64,000 nt of DNA from positions 22,630,001 through 22,694,000 of the forward strand of contig OX597836.1 of the NCBI GenBank assembly GCA_951406725.2, given 5' to 3'. Numbering within the stretch: the stretch's first letter is position 1; every line of letters begins with the position of its first letter. The notes below the pieces were generated by a model. That model saw only the letters and a program-made list of their open reading frames with translations. It was not told the origin of the DNA and did not search any database. Below, in pieces: positions 26,974 to 38,532 of the stretch. Position numbers and translations under genes: made by a program. The stretch is from Octopus vulgaris (Eukaryota).

Positions 26974-27235
26974 CATCATCACCATCACTGCTCGACCGCG
27001 GTCGAGACTTTCATAGTCTTTTCAAATGGCTAATAATGTGTGCGCGTGCCACTACTACACACATTGGAAAGCATTGTACAACCAAGTACTAAAGAAGATC
27101 TTTCCTCCTCCATGAAACAAAGCTGTTCCCGCTGGACGTCAACCCAGTATTTCTAAGCTACGGACCCAGTGATTTATTGTAAGGTTATCTCCCTAGATAG
27201 ATTGCCTTCACTACAGCTAAGGAGCCCTTTCTACC
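26974..27235 (-). mobile_element. Short RTE-derived (probably bipartite) retroelement
   Basis: TSD CCGT(A/G)TCCAGT; 3' hairpin CTCGACCGCGGTCGAG plus GAT tail as at 42010; 5' GAAGGCAATCTATCTAGGGAG resembles RTE 5' UTRs. Confidence 0.65.
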
Positions 27236-27316
27236 CGTGTCCAGTGCTGGTGACATGTGAAAGGCACTCATGCCAGTGACAAGTAAAAGGCCCTCAGTAC
27301 ACTTTGTGGAGTGGTA

Positions 27317-27624
27317 ACCTCTCGAAAGAGCTGTTCTTCACTCCTGCTCCAGAGCGTCGGCTGCGGGGTCACTCCGAAAAGCTCTATCTGCGACGATTTC
27401 ATCTCAATCGAAGGAGAGGGGCTTTCTCCGTCCGGGTTGCAGATCCGTGGAATAAGCTGCTGGACGAGATAGTGAAGATGCCGACGACCGCTCGGTTCAA
27501 AGTCTCTCTTGACCAGAAATAGCCTGAACACTTTGCATGAACACCCTCCCTGTACATAACTCCATGTCCCCCTACATGGCCTTGCTTTTGCTTTTTGAGC
27601 CAAAAAATTAACTTAACTTAACTT
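27317..27624 (+). mobile_element. CR1-clade LINE 3' end
   Basis: LRGHSEKL..RFHLNRRRGAFSVRVADPWNKL..IV...TARFKVSLD; (TAACT)n tail. Confidence 0.85.
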
Positions 27625-27759
27625 AAGAAGGGCATCCAAACATAGAAATAAAACCAAAACAGACTGGAGCCTGGTGCAGCTCTCGAGCTTACCAGTTCCG
27701 GTTATACTGTCTAACCCATGCCAGCATGGAAAATGGATGCTAAATGATGATGATGAAGC

Positions 27760-28160
27760 TTACACAGAATAGAAAACGATGGTAGCAATCTAATATTAAA
27801 TATGGATATGGAGTGTAATTGTTCTCATCTGCAGACACCGAAAGAAAACTTAATGATAAGATTTAAAGACTTTACTGATTTTAAAGTACCTGATTAAGTC
27901 ATAAATCCATTTCTTTCTGAAGTCTCTTCTGCTCAACCAAGTTTACAAGAAGAAATTATTGACTGAAAAAATTCAAGTAGATATCCAACAGCTTGATTTT
28001 GAGTCATTCTGGCCCAAAATACAAAGCGAGTAGTCTCAACTTTGGCAAGAAATTGAATTACTGTGCATTGTTTTCCTATCTTCATGTTTAGCAGAGAAAG
28101 GGTTCAGTGCAGTACCAAAATTGCTGAATAAGCAACAAAATAAATTTGCAATAACTCTGT
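27760..28160 (+). mobile_element. hAT (Charlie/Buster-like) transposase C-terminal fragment
   Basis: CSHLQ..RFKD..VPD*VINPF and FW...LW...FLSSCLAEKGFSAV (hATC dimerisation motif). Confidence 0.7.
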
Positions 28161-28454
28161 GAAGTGGCTGGCATTAGGAGGGACATCCAGCCATAGAAAC
28201 CCTATCGGAACAGAGAAATGGAAGTTGGGCAGCTGCCGAGTTGTCCAGTTCCTGTCAAACCATTCAGCCCATACCAGCATGGAAAGCAGTTGTTAAATAG
28301 TGATGATGATGATGATGGCGATGATGACAATGATGGTGATGATGATGACGATGATGGTGATGGTGATGATGATGATGATGACGACGACGACGATGCTGGT
28401 GATGATGATGACGATGATGGTGATGGGGATGATGATGATGATGATGAGGATAAC

Positions 28455-28668
28455 ACTCGCTCTGCTTGAATGGTAAACAGGTTTGTTGCAGAGCAGTTAA
28501 CTTCCCAGTTGTGGCTGGAACAACAGCCGAGTGGACTGGAGCAATGTGAAATGAAGTGTTTTGCTCAAGAACACAACATACCACCCAGTTCAGTAATTGA
28601 AACTTCAATCTTTGGAATCTTACAATTTTCAGCACAGCACCTTAACCACTAGACCATGTGCCTTCACA
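28455..28668 (-). mobile_element. SINE family G
   Basis: GAGTGGACTGGAGCAATGTGAAATGAAGTGTTTTGCTCAAG and tRNA-like head on minus. Confidence 0.7.
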
Positions 28669-30756
28669 GTTTTATTAGGGTAGGGCCAAAAAACAAAAAC
28701 AAAAAAAAGGAGTGGGGATACCTTAGGGTAAAACTGAAATAGAAAATCTTGGGAGTCCCCTAACATAGGGGGTCATTTCTTTGAAGCTGATTGTAGAATT
28801 TAGATTTTGAGTTTTTCCAAACAGCAGCTGCTTTGGGACTAAATAACAACCACAACGCAAGGGTTAAGACCTGTAACCTTATTTTCTCACTCTCTCTTCC
28901 TGCTACTAAAATGTTTATAATTGCAATAACTCATCGCCTTTCAACGATATTTAGGAGTTTATCGTAATCGGGAGAATAAATGCAGAAAGGTCATGCATAT
29001 GTAATGAGGTGATTTGGATGACAGCCAAAGGAATAACTTTCTCTTCTTCTTGTTTAACACTGTTGCTCCTACGTCTGTTATTGTTGACTATTATCAGTGC
29101 CAAAGAGAGATGAGTCTTGTGGTCATTGAAGAATGCAAAAAATAGAAACCAAATCACCCTCAAAAATACATCCCCTACAAGGAAATGCTAATACAACACA
29201 ATGTTTACTGTGAGAAAAAGAAAAAAGATAGATGGAATGGTCAATCATCATCAATCATCATCAATCATCATCATCAACATTTAATGTCCATTTTCCATGC
29301 TGGCATGTGTTGGACGGCTTGACATGAACTGGCAAGGCCAGGGGATGCACCAGGTTCCATAGTCTGTTTGGCATGGTTTCTATGGCTGGATGTCCTTCCT
29401 AATGCTCCCCTCTTCAATCGGGGCTAAACAACAGCCATAGTAGCAGTCACCATCATCATCAACCACTGCTACCACTACTATTGCTGCTGCTACTGTCGCT
29501 ACCACCACTACTACTACTGCTACTTCCACCACCACCGCTACTGCTACTACTACTACTACTGCAACCTCCACCACCACTACTACTACAACAACTACTACTA
29601 CTACTGCAACCTCCACCACCACTACTACTACAACTACTACTACTACTACTATTACTACTACTACCGCTACCACCACCACTGCTGCTACTGCTACTACTAC
29701 TACCACCTCTGGAACAAACTGCTAGAAATAGCAGCCAAATCTCCCTTGATTCACACCATACTGTCTTAAGAAAGGAATAACACGTTCAATAATTCAGTCT
29801 GAAAAAGAAAGGGAATGTCATAGATAGAACGCCTTTTGTCACAAGAATGGGAGTGCTGGTTCAATACCAGCCTGGGTCTGAAGAATATTATCACAAGCTA
29901 TCAAGAAAGTCACTACAACAACATCAACATCATCATCACTATCACTAACAACACAGTGTTGTTGGTCATGGTTATGGTGTTGGTGGTGGCAGTATCATCG
30001 GTCTTGGTGGATTTAGTGACAGTACTTATGATTGTGGCAGTGGTATTAGAATCAAACCTGGTGACGGTGCTAGTGAGGATGATAAACCATCATCATCACC
30101 ATCACTATTAACACCAAGACAACCACTGCCATCACTACCATTACCAGCACCATCGCTATCACCCCCACCACCACCACCATCATTACCAACACCTTCATCT
30201 TCACTAACACCAATACCACTACTGTCACCACGTTTGATTCCAGTGCTACCGCCACTATCACTGCTACTGCCACAATCATGAGTGCCACCACAATCACGAG
30301 TACTACCACTAAATCCACTAAGACCAACGACACTGCCACCACCAGCATTATAACCATGGCCGACAACACTATAGCTAGCTAGAACTAACCAGAATAACTC
30401 CACCAACATCAGCAGCACTACCACGACCAAGAACAATGACATCTTCACAACCAACAATAACAACTCCATCTCCAACATCCATTGCCATCATTGCAATAAA
30501 CACCACCACTATCAACAACACTATGCCATCAAGAACATCACATCAACACTGACAACCTCAAAAACCAATAACAACAACTCCTCTAACATCCACCGCCATC
30601 ACCAAATTAGATTTTACCAATTTTGCATAATCTACTGAGTTTCCATTAAACAAGATGTAATTATTCTGCTAAATTAACTCAGCTTCCACACTCAACATAT
30701 GTTTGGAAACTGAAGGATCTCACACCAATTTTTTTTTAGTATAATGTTTGGGAATC

Positions 30757-30895
30757 AAGGTAGCGAGCTGACAGAATCATTAGCACGTTATGCAAAATGC
30801 TTAGTGGTATTTTGTCCGTCTTTACGTTCTGAGTTCAAATCCCACCAAGGTTGACTTTGCCTTTCGTCCTTTTGGGGTTGATAAAATAAGTACCG
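30757..30895 (+). mobile_element. SINE family B, 5' part
   Basis: AGGTAGCGAGCTGACAGAATC...GAGTTCAAATCCC...GATAAAATAAGTACC. Confidence 0.8.
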
Positions 30896-31598
30896 TATAT
30901 ATATATAATCTATATATTAATACACTTGTACCATCGGTGTTTGTCACGCTATAGGAGATAAGTCAGGATTAAATTTGAGTTATTTCCCTTGGATTTGTGA
31001 AAAGAAGAAAAGGATAATATATTATCTATATATAATATAGGAAAGTGCTGTAACGGATGTATTTCACATATACTTCCAAACAATAACTTAATATATACTT
31101 ATTTTATTAATAAATGTCTCTCTCTCTATCTCTTTCTCTTTCTCTCTCTCTCTCTCTGTGTCTCTGTTTCTCTCTCAATGTCTTTCTTTCTTTCTTTCTA
31201 TCATATGAAATATACCTGACATATTCTACAGATCGATATAAACTACCGGGACCCGTGAAAACTTCATGGAAAACAAAAAAAGTAAGCATCTTTAAATAGT
31301 GACCATATTTAACTATCGAATAATTTTTATTATTTTTGTGTTATATTACAAATAATCATACATTTTCATATAATATAATTTTATATGTTTTCAATACGAC
31401 AGTTCATAGACTGTACATTGCACAATGCTCACTTTCACATCCGTGGAAGGTGTGAGCTTTGAGGTTCTTCATGTTTGTTTTTCACTGGATACATAAATAG
31501 GATACATCTGAATTAATTCATCATAATTATTGAGAATATTGAACAATAAACAAAAACTTACATAGCATTCCCCAATTTTTTTCATCTGAACACAATTT

Positions 31599-31882
31599 TT
31601 TCATATATTACTTACACCTACCATCGGTGTTTGTCACGCTGAGGAAACTGCTTTCATATATCACTTACACCTACCATCGGTGTTTGTCACGCTGAGGAAA
31701 CTGTTTTCATATATTACTTACACCTACCATCAGTGTTTGTCACGCTGAGGAAACTGTTTTCATATATTAGTTACACCTACCATCAGTGTTTGTCACACTG
31801 AGGAAACTGTTTTCATATATTACTTACACCTACCATCGGTGTTTGTCACGCTGAGGAAACTGCTTTCATATATCACTTACAC
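31599..31882. repeat. 53 bp tandem repeat, about 5.4 copies, in the Helitron leader
   Basis: CCATC(G/A)GTGTTTGTCAC at 31621, 31674, 31727, 31780, 31833; a lone partial copy at 30929-30950. Confidence 0.95.
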
Positions 31883-32219
31883 ATTCAACCATTCTTAAAA
31901 ATGGAAGAGAGAATAAGACAATGGTTACCAGCAGAAGAGAGACAAGCAATCCATGACTATATTTGGACACAAATGCAAGAAAGGAGGAATAATATGAACC
32001 AAAAGGAGAAAGAACTTTATCTTCAGAATAGAGGAAACAGAAATCGAGAGAGAAGAAATAACATGAATCCCAAGGAGAGAGAAGCTTATCTACAGAATAT
32101 GAGAAACAGAGTTCAACAGCGAAGAAATGCCATAAATGAGAATAAAAACTTTAGGATTCCATATTGGTGATATGAATGTTATTTGTTGATACTATGGAGC
32201 TCTAAGATTCTCAAGAGAG

Positions 32220-32393
32220 GGCTTGGCAGGTATCACAACTAGCAGGACTGGCTATCCTAGACTGATGACGAGCAATGGACTCAGAAACATAGCCCTAGGA
32301 AGCATCGACGCTTCCTGTCGGCTTTGACACATTTCCTGTGTCCTTATATTTGTGAAGGGGAGGCAAGCACCCCCACCAGCTAGGGCTAGCACC
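32220..32393 (+). mobile_element. ~170 bp GC-richer insertion in Helitron ORF with a degenerate hammerhead-like motif
   Basis: Interrupts ALRFSRE|..CHNGK; contains UCCUAG-A-CUGAUGA-CGAG..CUCA-GAAAC..CUAGGA at 32255-32300. Confidence 0.5.
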
Positions 32394-34189
32394 TTGAGAC
32401 ATGCATGCCACAATGGAAAAATATTAATTCCCACTTTACAAGAATATCCTGGTAATCTTAGGCAATTGTTTGACAGAAATAATCACGAAGGATCTAATTT
32501 TAGGAACAACATAAGAAAATATAATTCTGCCTTTGCAGTTGCTTCTTTTGGTGCTAATATCAAACCTCCACCAGGACCTGGTCCTTATTGCTAGCACCTT
32601 GAGACATGCATGCCACAATGGCAAATATATCCTTACACCAGCAATCTGCATCCAAATGAAACTAAATAGAGAGGATATGGTCAGCTCTACATCATTGAAA
32701 CAAATGAAGCAATCCATACCTGAGCCAACGCTAATGAAAATGCTAATTGCTCATTATTGGTATTTGAACAAATATCGGTTGCAATGAATAATAATCCTTA
32801 TGCAACCACATACAATAATGAGAGAACTATTGAAATGCAAGAGCAAGAAAGAGCTGCAAAAGAAAATATTCCTTCTAGAAAAGTAACCATACACTTCATC
32901 CCAGGTCTTGATGCAAGAAGATGCAATAATCCAACAATGAGATTGCATCAATTTTTGTTGGTGAAGATGGAGTGCTGCTAGTCCATGGTGATATTGTTGT
33001 ATATCCTATAGGACAACATAAAGAGAGAATATCGTACATTTCTTGGCATTTAGGCCCCATGGTTTATCCTCGTCTTTTTCCAAATGGCAAACAAAGATGG
33101 CATATCAACATACCGCACATACAACATTATCAAACCAGAGTTCGTAATAATGTAACAATGCAGGAATTCTACGCATATCATTTGGCCATAAGAGGTGGTT
33201 TCAGCGCAATACATTGAGTGGGAAAATTATTTCAACAATACATTAAGTAGACACAGCAATTGCACTTCCATAATATTGTAGTCAGAATGTACTCAGCAAG
33301 TCCACGTAATGCAGAAAAAGTTTATTTGAGGATGCTACTCTTGCATATCCCTGATGCAGCTTCTTTCAATCGTTTAAGAACTGTTGAAGGTGAAGAATTT
33401 GAAACTTCCAAAAGGGTGTGTATTACATTGAGACTTCTTGATAATGATAATTAACTACAAAACACTTTGACAGAAGCAGCAACATATCAAATGCCACGGC
33501 AGCTTCTAGGCATGTTTGCCTCTTTAATCAACTTGTCAAGGCTTTGCAACTATGGAATGAAAACAAAGAATTTATAATTGAGGACCTTTTGCTAAGAAAG
33601 GACTACACTACTGCTGAAAATATTGCTCTTCATTTGGTGGAGGCCATATTTGGGGAAAATGGCCTCCACATTGTAGCATGTTAGGCCTTCCTGAACCAGT
33701 TGGAGAGCCCCTAAGAAATGAAAATAATACAGAACAATGAATTGTAAATACAAATTTATTGAACATTGAACAAAGAGAAGTATTTAATTGCATGATTGAT
33801 GCCACATTTTCAGTTGAGAGAGGAGAAGAAATTAATAATAGATTGTTTTATTAGGACGTGCCAGTAGGGTCAGGAAAAACTTTTATTCTTCAATATGATT
33901 TACGATCATCTTACAGCTAACAATATAACAGTAAGTACATCTGCTTGGAATGGCATTGCTACAACTCACTTGAAAGGTGGTAAAACTCTTCACAGTGTAT
34001 TCAAGCTTCCAGTTCCTTTGTGTGAAACAAGTGTGTGCAATGTTCCACCAAATTCTATTCAAGGAAACATTCTTAAGCGAGTAAAAATCTTCATTATTGA
34101 CGAAGCTTCAATGATACCAGTTTATGGTTTGACAGCTAGAGATAATTGTTTAAGAGATATTATGAATAGTAACAGTATATTTGGTTACT

Positions 34190-34441
34190 ACCCATGCCAG
34201 CATAGAAAACAGACATTAACCCCATGACAATGGTTTTTTATCAGGCAACCAGGTTACACTGACAGTAATTATCTTGGCTGAGATCAATAATTAGCACACA
34301 ACAACTGTTTGGCATATATTTGCATCTACTGCTTTAAAGCATGCACTGTTTATTTATGTAAACTGTCATCACTGTGAGGACCGTAAATTCAACAAAACTG
34401 GCATGGCTGGATGCAACTGGAAATTTTGTGAAGAACCAGAA
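34190..34441 (+). repeat. ~250 bp duplicate of 36343-36598 inserted in the Helitron helicase
   Basis: Colinear and highly similar; splits FG|KIIVLGGDFRQ. Confidence 0.92.
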
Positions 34442-35497
34442 AGATTATCGTACTAGGAGGAGATTTTAGACAAGTTCTTCCAGTTGTTCCCAGAGCTCCT
34501 CCTGCCGCTGTACTTGCCTCAAACGCTCCTCTGTGTCAGATAATTTTCATCAAATGCAACTTATGCAATTCATGTGAACAAATGCAAATGAACAAGGTTT
34601 TACGAGGTGGCTACAACAACTTTGAAGTGGATTTCTTCAAAGCTCTCCTGATAATCTTGCAGAAGATACTGTTGATATTCCCGAGGCATGCATATGTAAC
34701 AATTCTTTGGTATCTGATATATTGTACAGCAGAAGAAATTAAAAATATCCCCTAAAAATTCAAACTGCTTAGCAGTAAATGAAGAAATTCTAAGTAGATT
34801 GCCCTCTGAAACTAAGCCATATCAAAGCACGGACTCAGTAACTTCTGATAATGAAGAAGAAGCCCAGAATCACCCCATGGAGTTTATAAACTCTCTTACT
34901 CCTTCTGGAATGCCTCCCCATCAGCTTAACTTAAAAGTTGGAGCAGTTACTATGCTTCTTAGAAACATCTCTATAACACAAGGTCGAGGCAACGGAACTC
35001 AATTGGAAGTATTTCAGCTCCACAAGCATAGCATTGAAGCATCAATTATAAGTGGATCTCATTCTTACACGAGAGTACTGATTCCAAGAATCAAACTTAC
35101 TCCAAGCGATGCAAACATTCCATTCGTTCTACATCAGATCCAATTCCTGGTTCGTCTGTCCTATTCTATGACAATCAATAAAGCACAGGGGCAAACATTA
35201 AATAGAGTTGGCATATACTTGCCACAACAATGCTTCACTCATGGCTAGCTTTACGTAGAGTAAGGGTGATGAACAGTGTGAGACTTAAAGTGATACCTCA
35301 AAACAAACTCACTCATGGCCGCAGAAGGGGAATCACCTATACTAGAAAAATTGTAAATAGGAAAGTGCTTATATTATTAAGAAATATAATATAAAGGATA
35401 ATAGTATTTTTCATCAACCAAAATAGGGCAAAGTAAACAATTTTGATTAAATGATAACTATTCATTGCACGATATTTAAATTATCCGTGAATTTTTG

Positions 35498-35529
<32 letters not shown>

Positions 35530-35844
35530 GGTGGTAGTGGTGATGTTATTGTTGTTGTTGTGAGCTGGTAGAATCATTAGCATACCAGGCAAAATGCTTA
35601 GCAGCATTTCGTCTGTCAGCGCGTTCTGGGTTCAAATTTAGCCAAGGTTGAATTTGCCTTTCAGCCTTTCAGAGGTCAACAGATTAAGTAGCAGTGGAAT
35701 AATGAGGTCAATGTAATCAACTTATACTCTTTCCCAGATTTGTTGGCCTTGTGCCACAATATTAAATCAATATGATGTTTGGATGTATATAGAACACATC
35801 TCACTTATAAACCTTAAACGTAACTGTTTATGACATACAGTGAG

Positions 35845-36030
35845 GGCTCATAGCTTAGTGGTTAGGGTGTTCAGCTCACAATTGTAAGGCTGTAAGTTTG
35901 ATACCCAGTGGTGTGTTGTATCCTTGAGCAAGACATTTCATTTCACATCACTCCAGTCCATTCAGCTGGCAAAAGTGAGTAGTACCTGCACTTGAAAGGG
36001 CCAGCCTTATCACATTCTGTGCCATGCTGT
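35845..36030 (+). mobile_element. SINE family G
   Basis: TAGCTTAGTGGTTAG head; TCCTTGAGCAAG..CTCCAGTCCATTCAGCTGG. Confidence 0.7.
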
Positions 36031-36094
36031 GAAATAAGCATTAGTTTTGACTGAGAAATCTGAATTCTAAAGGGTTAACCCATTAGTGTTCAGG

Positions 36095-36372
36095 TTACCA
36101 GTGCTGGTGCCATGTAAAAAGCATCCAGTCCACACTGTGAAGTGGTTGGCATTTGGAAGGGCATCCATCTGTAAAAACCATGCCAAAACTGACCTTGCCT
36201 GTGCTGGTTGCAAGTAAAAAGCGCTCAGTTCATTCTACAGGATGGTTGGTGTTAGGAAGGGCATCCAGCTATGAAAACTGTCAAAACAAACATAGTAGTC
36301 TGGTGTAGTCTTCTAGCTGGTCAGCTCCTGTTAAACCACCCAACCCATGCCAACATAGAAAACAAACATTAA
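36095..36372 (+). mobile_element. RTE-type 3' UTR fragment with a duplicated GGAAGGGCATCC unit
   Basis: Two tandem UTR modules, then the CCCATGCCAACAT end. Confidence 0.7.
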
Positions 36373-36679
36373 CACCATGACAATGGTTTTTTTATCAGGC
36401 AACTAGGTTGCACTGACGGTAATTATCTTGGCTGAGATCAATAATTAGCACACAACAACAGTTCGGCATATATTTGCATCTACTGCTTTAAAGCAGCATG
36501 CACTGTTTAATTATGTAAACTGTCATCACTGCGAGGGTCGTAAGTTCAATGAAACTGGCATGGTTGGATGCAACTGGAAATTCCGTGAAGAACCAGAAGA
36601 ATTTGCTGAACGTGTACGAATTTAATAGGAAGTTATTGTGGAAATGCTGCTTTTATACTATTACGGAGATGAAGTCTCA

Positions 36680-37272
36680 AACTGAGATGGAAATATCTAC
36701 ATGAAGAGTCCAACAAACCTACAAAGAAATTATGAGTTACATTGATATTTCTTGCAGCTGAAGATCCTAGCATGTAACCATTTATTTTCTGCAGTAAGAA
36801 CAATAATGGATTCAGTACCAATATGTAAAAAAGTACAGAAAGACTCTCTCCCTAGAATATTCTCTTTGAAATGCCTATACTATCAGAAACGATTATTCTG
36901 TTCTCAGTTGTAAGGGTTAAGAATTGTTGTCCATGTCTTTGTGAGTTTCTCTATAGCAGCAATTAAGGCTGTAGGAACCTTTGCCAGATGTAGGCACTTC
37001 AACAGCCATGAATGAGGTATAGAGTCGAATGCCTTCTTATAGTCAAGCCATACTGTCACAAGGTTTCTAAATTGTTTTCTTACTTCAGACAGTACAACTT
37101 TGTATATTAAAAGTTGTTTGGCACATCCCCACACTCCCTTCTTTCCACCAGCCTGTTCGTCAGTCACAATGTTGCTCGACTCACAATGGTCCTGGAGGAA
37201 TTGGTTGAGGAAACTTGTGTACAGTTTGTACATAGTGTTTATGCAAGCAATGGGTTTGTAGTTTCCTCCCAT
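36680..37272 (-). mobile_element. R4/Dong-like non-LTR reverse transcriptase fragment
   Basis: NYKPIACINTMYKLYT..EQAG.KKG.WGC..QLL..WLDYKKAFDSIPHSW; downstream F*GESLS.LF. Confidence 0.85.
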
Positions 37273-37303
37273 CTCGGTGATTTCATTTTTGGCAACATAT
37301 GTA

Positions 37304-37338
<35 letters not shown>

Positions 37339-37339
37339 T

Positions 37340-37570
37340 TGTGTCTCTTTGTCTTAACATCACACAATGGTTGTAAATGAGTGTCACCGTCACCCAAGCG
37401 GTGTCATTCATTTCCAGTATACTGCAAGACTAAGTCTGGCCATGGGGAAATGTTACCTTGATTGAAAACAGGTGAGGGCTGGTGACAGGAAGGGCATCTG
37501 GCTGTTGAAAATCTGCTTCAACAAACTCCATCTGACTCTTGCAAGCAAGGAAAAGTGGACATTAAAATAG
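37340..37570 (+). mobile_element. SINE-like element with RTE-type tail
   Basis: CATGGGGAAATGTTACCTTG...GACAGGAAGGGCATC; related pieces at 51165-51300 and 51850-51980. Confidence 0.6.
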
Positions 37571-37716
37571 TTGTGTGTATGTAGGGCACACACTCAGCTG
37601 GACGATTGCTTAGAGACACAAGGCATGTTATTACAACTTGCCAAGACAACATCTCCAGTGCATGAAACCCTGAATAGCTCACAACTGTATACTATGTACA
37701 TTAAATAACACACACA

Positions 37717-37747
<31 letters not shown>

Positions 37748-37761
37748 TCATGCACACACAC

Positions 37762-37802
<41 letters not shown>

Positions 37803-38532
37803 TACTTAAATCTACAGCTATTTCTGACATATCCACAGTCTATCTAGGAATATCATTATTAACAAGATTAATTTCATCAATATTTAATGTTTTACACTTT
37901 GATAAGACTGCCATAGTGAAAGTTAACTATTTGACATTTAACATCCATTATTTAAAATTGTTGACATGTTGACGGTTGTGGCTAATACAATATATTTTGA
38001 CAGACCCATGTTGCCTTCTATAAATATTCCTTATTGATCATCATGGCATAATTAAAATTGATTATCATCAACATAATAAAGAAAATTTACAGTTCTTGCA
38101 GATTTGTGAACCATTCAGGAAAAGAATATTTCACGCAAAATAATGATAACAGAAGAAAGAGAGGAATTGACATCCACCTCGCTTTGTGGCTCTGTGCCAT
38201 TCTGTTAAGGGGCTGGGGAGTGGCAAAATCATTAGAGCATTGTGAAAATGGTTGTGGTAAGGGTGACAGTGGTGGTGGTGGTGATGGTGGTGGGTGGTGG
38301 CGATGGTGGCAGTAGGGGAGAGGAGGGAGAGGTGGAAGAGGAGGGGTGGAGGGGGAAGGGAGGGAGAGGGGAGGGAGAGGAGGAGGAAGAGGATATATAT
38401 ATGGAGGTCATCTTGACCTTGTTATCTCTCCTACTTTCCCCTTCCCATCTGACCATTCTGTCCGAGTCAGACACCATAATAGATCATTAGCTACTACACA
38501 CATTTTTTTCTCTCCTTGTTTTTTCTGTGTCC

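Larger units (their letters stand above)
26775..27755 (+). mobile_element. RTE-clade LINE 3' end (ORF2 C-terminus plus 3' UTR), interrupted twice
   Basis: VEGICGRGRPRDIWDEVVRYDL...DRDFWQFAV; UTR and (GAT)n tail. Confidence 0.85.
31901..35370 (+). pseudogene. Helitron RepHel pseudogene (N-terminal region plus PIF1/SF1B helicase)
   Basis: CHNGK, FRNNIRKYNSAFA.ASFG, GPYC, GKLFQQY, YLRMLL..SF..LRTVEG, Walker A GSGKTF, GGKTLHSVFKLP, IIDEASM, GGDFRQVLPV, PSGMPPH.LNLKVG, MTINKAQGQTL; many stops and frameshifts. Confidence 0.93.
30909..35490 (+). mobile_element. Decayed Helitron (ends approximate)
   Basis: RepHel remnants; TCTATATA starts at 30909 and 31025; internal minisatellite; hairpins at about 31253 and 35468. 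Confidence 0.85.

Noticed and set aside
31599-31882. Regular repeat array upstream of a helicase ORF, as a CRISPR array
   Set aside because: Units are contiguous with no unique spacers, and the helicase is Helitron PIF1
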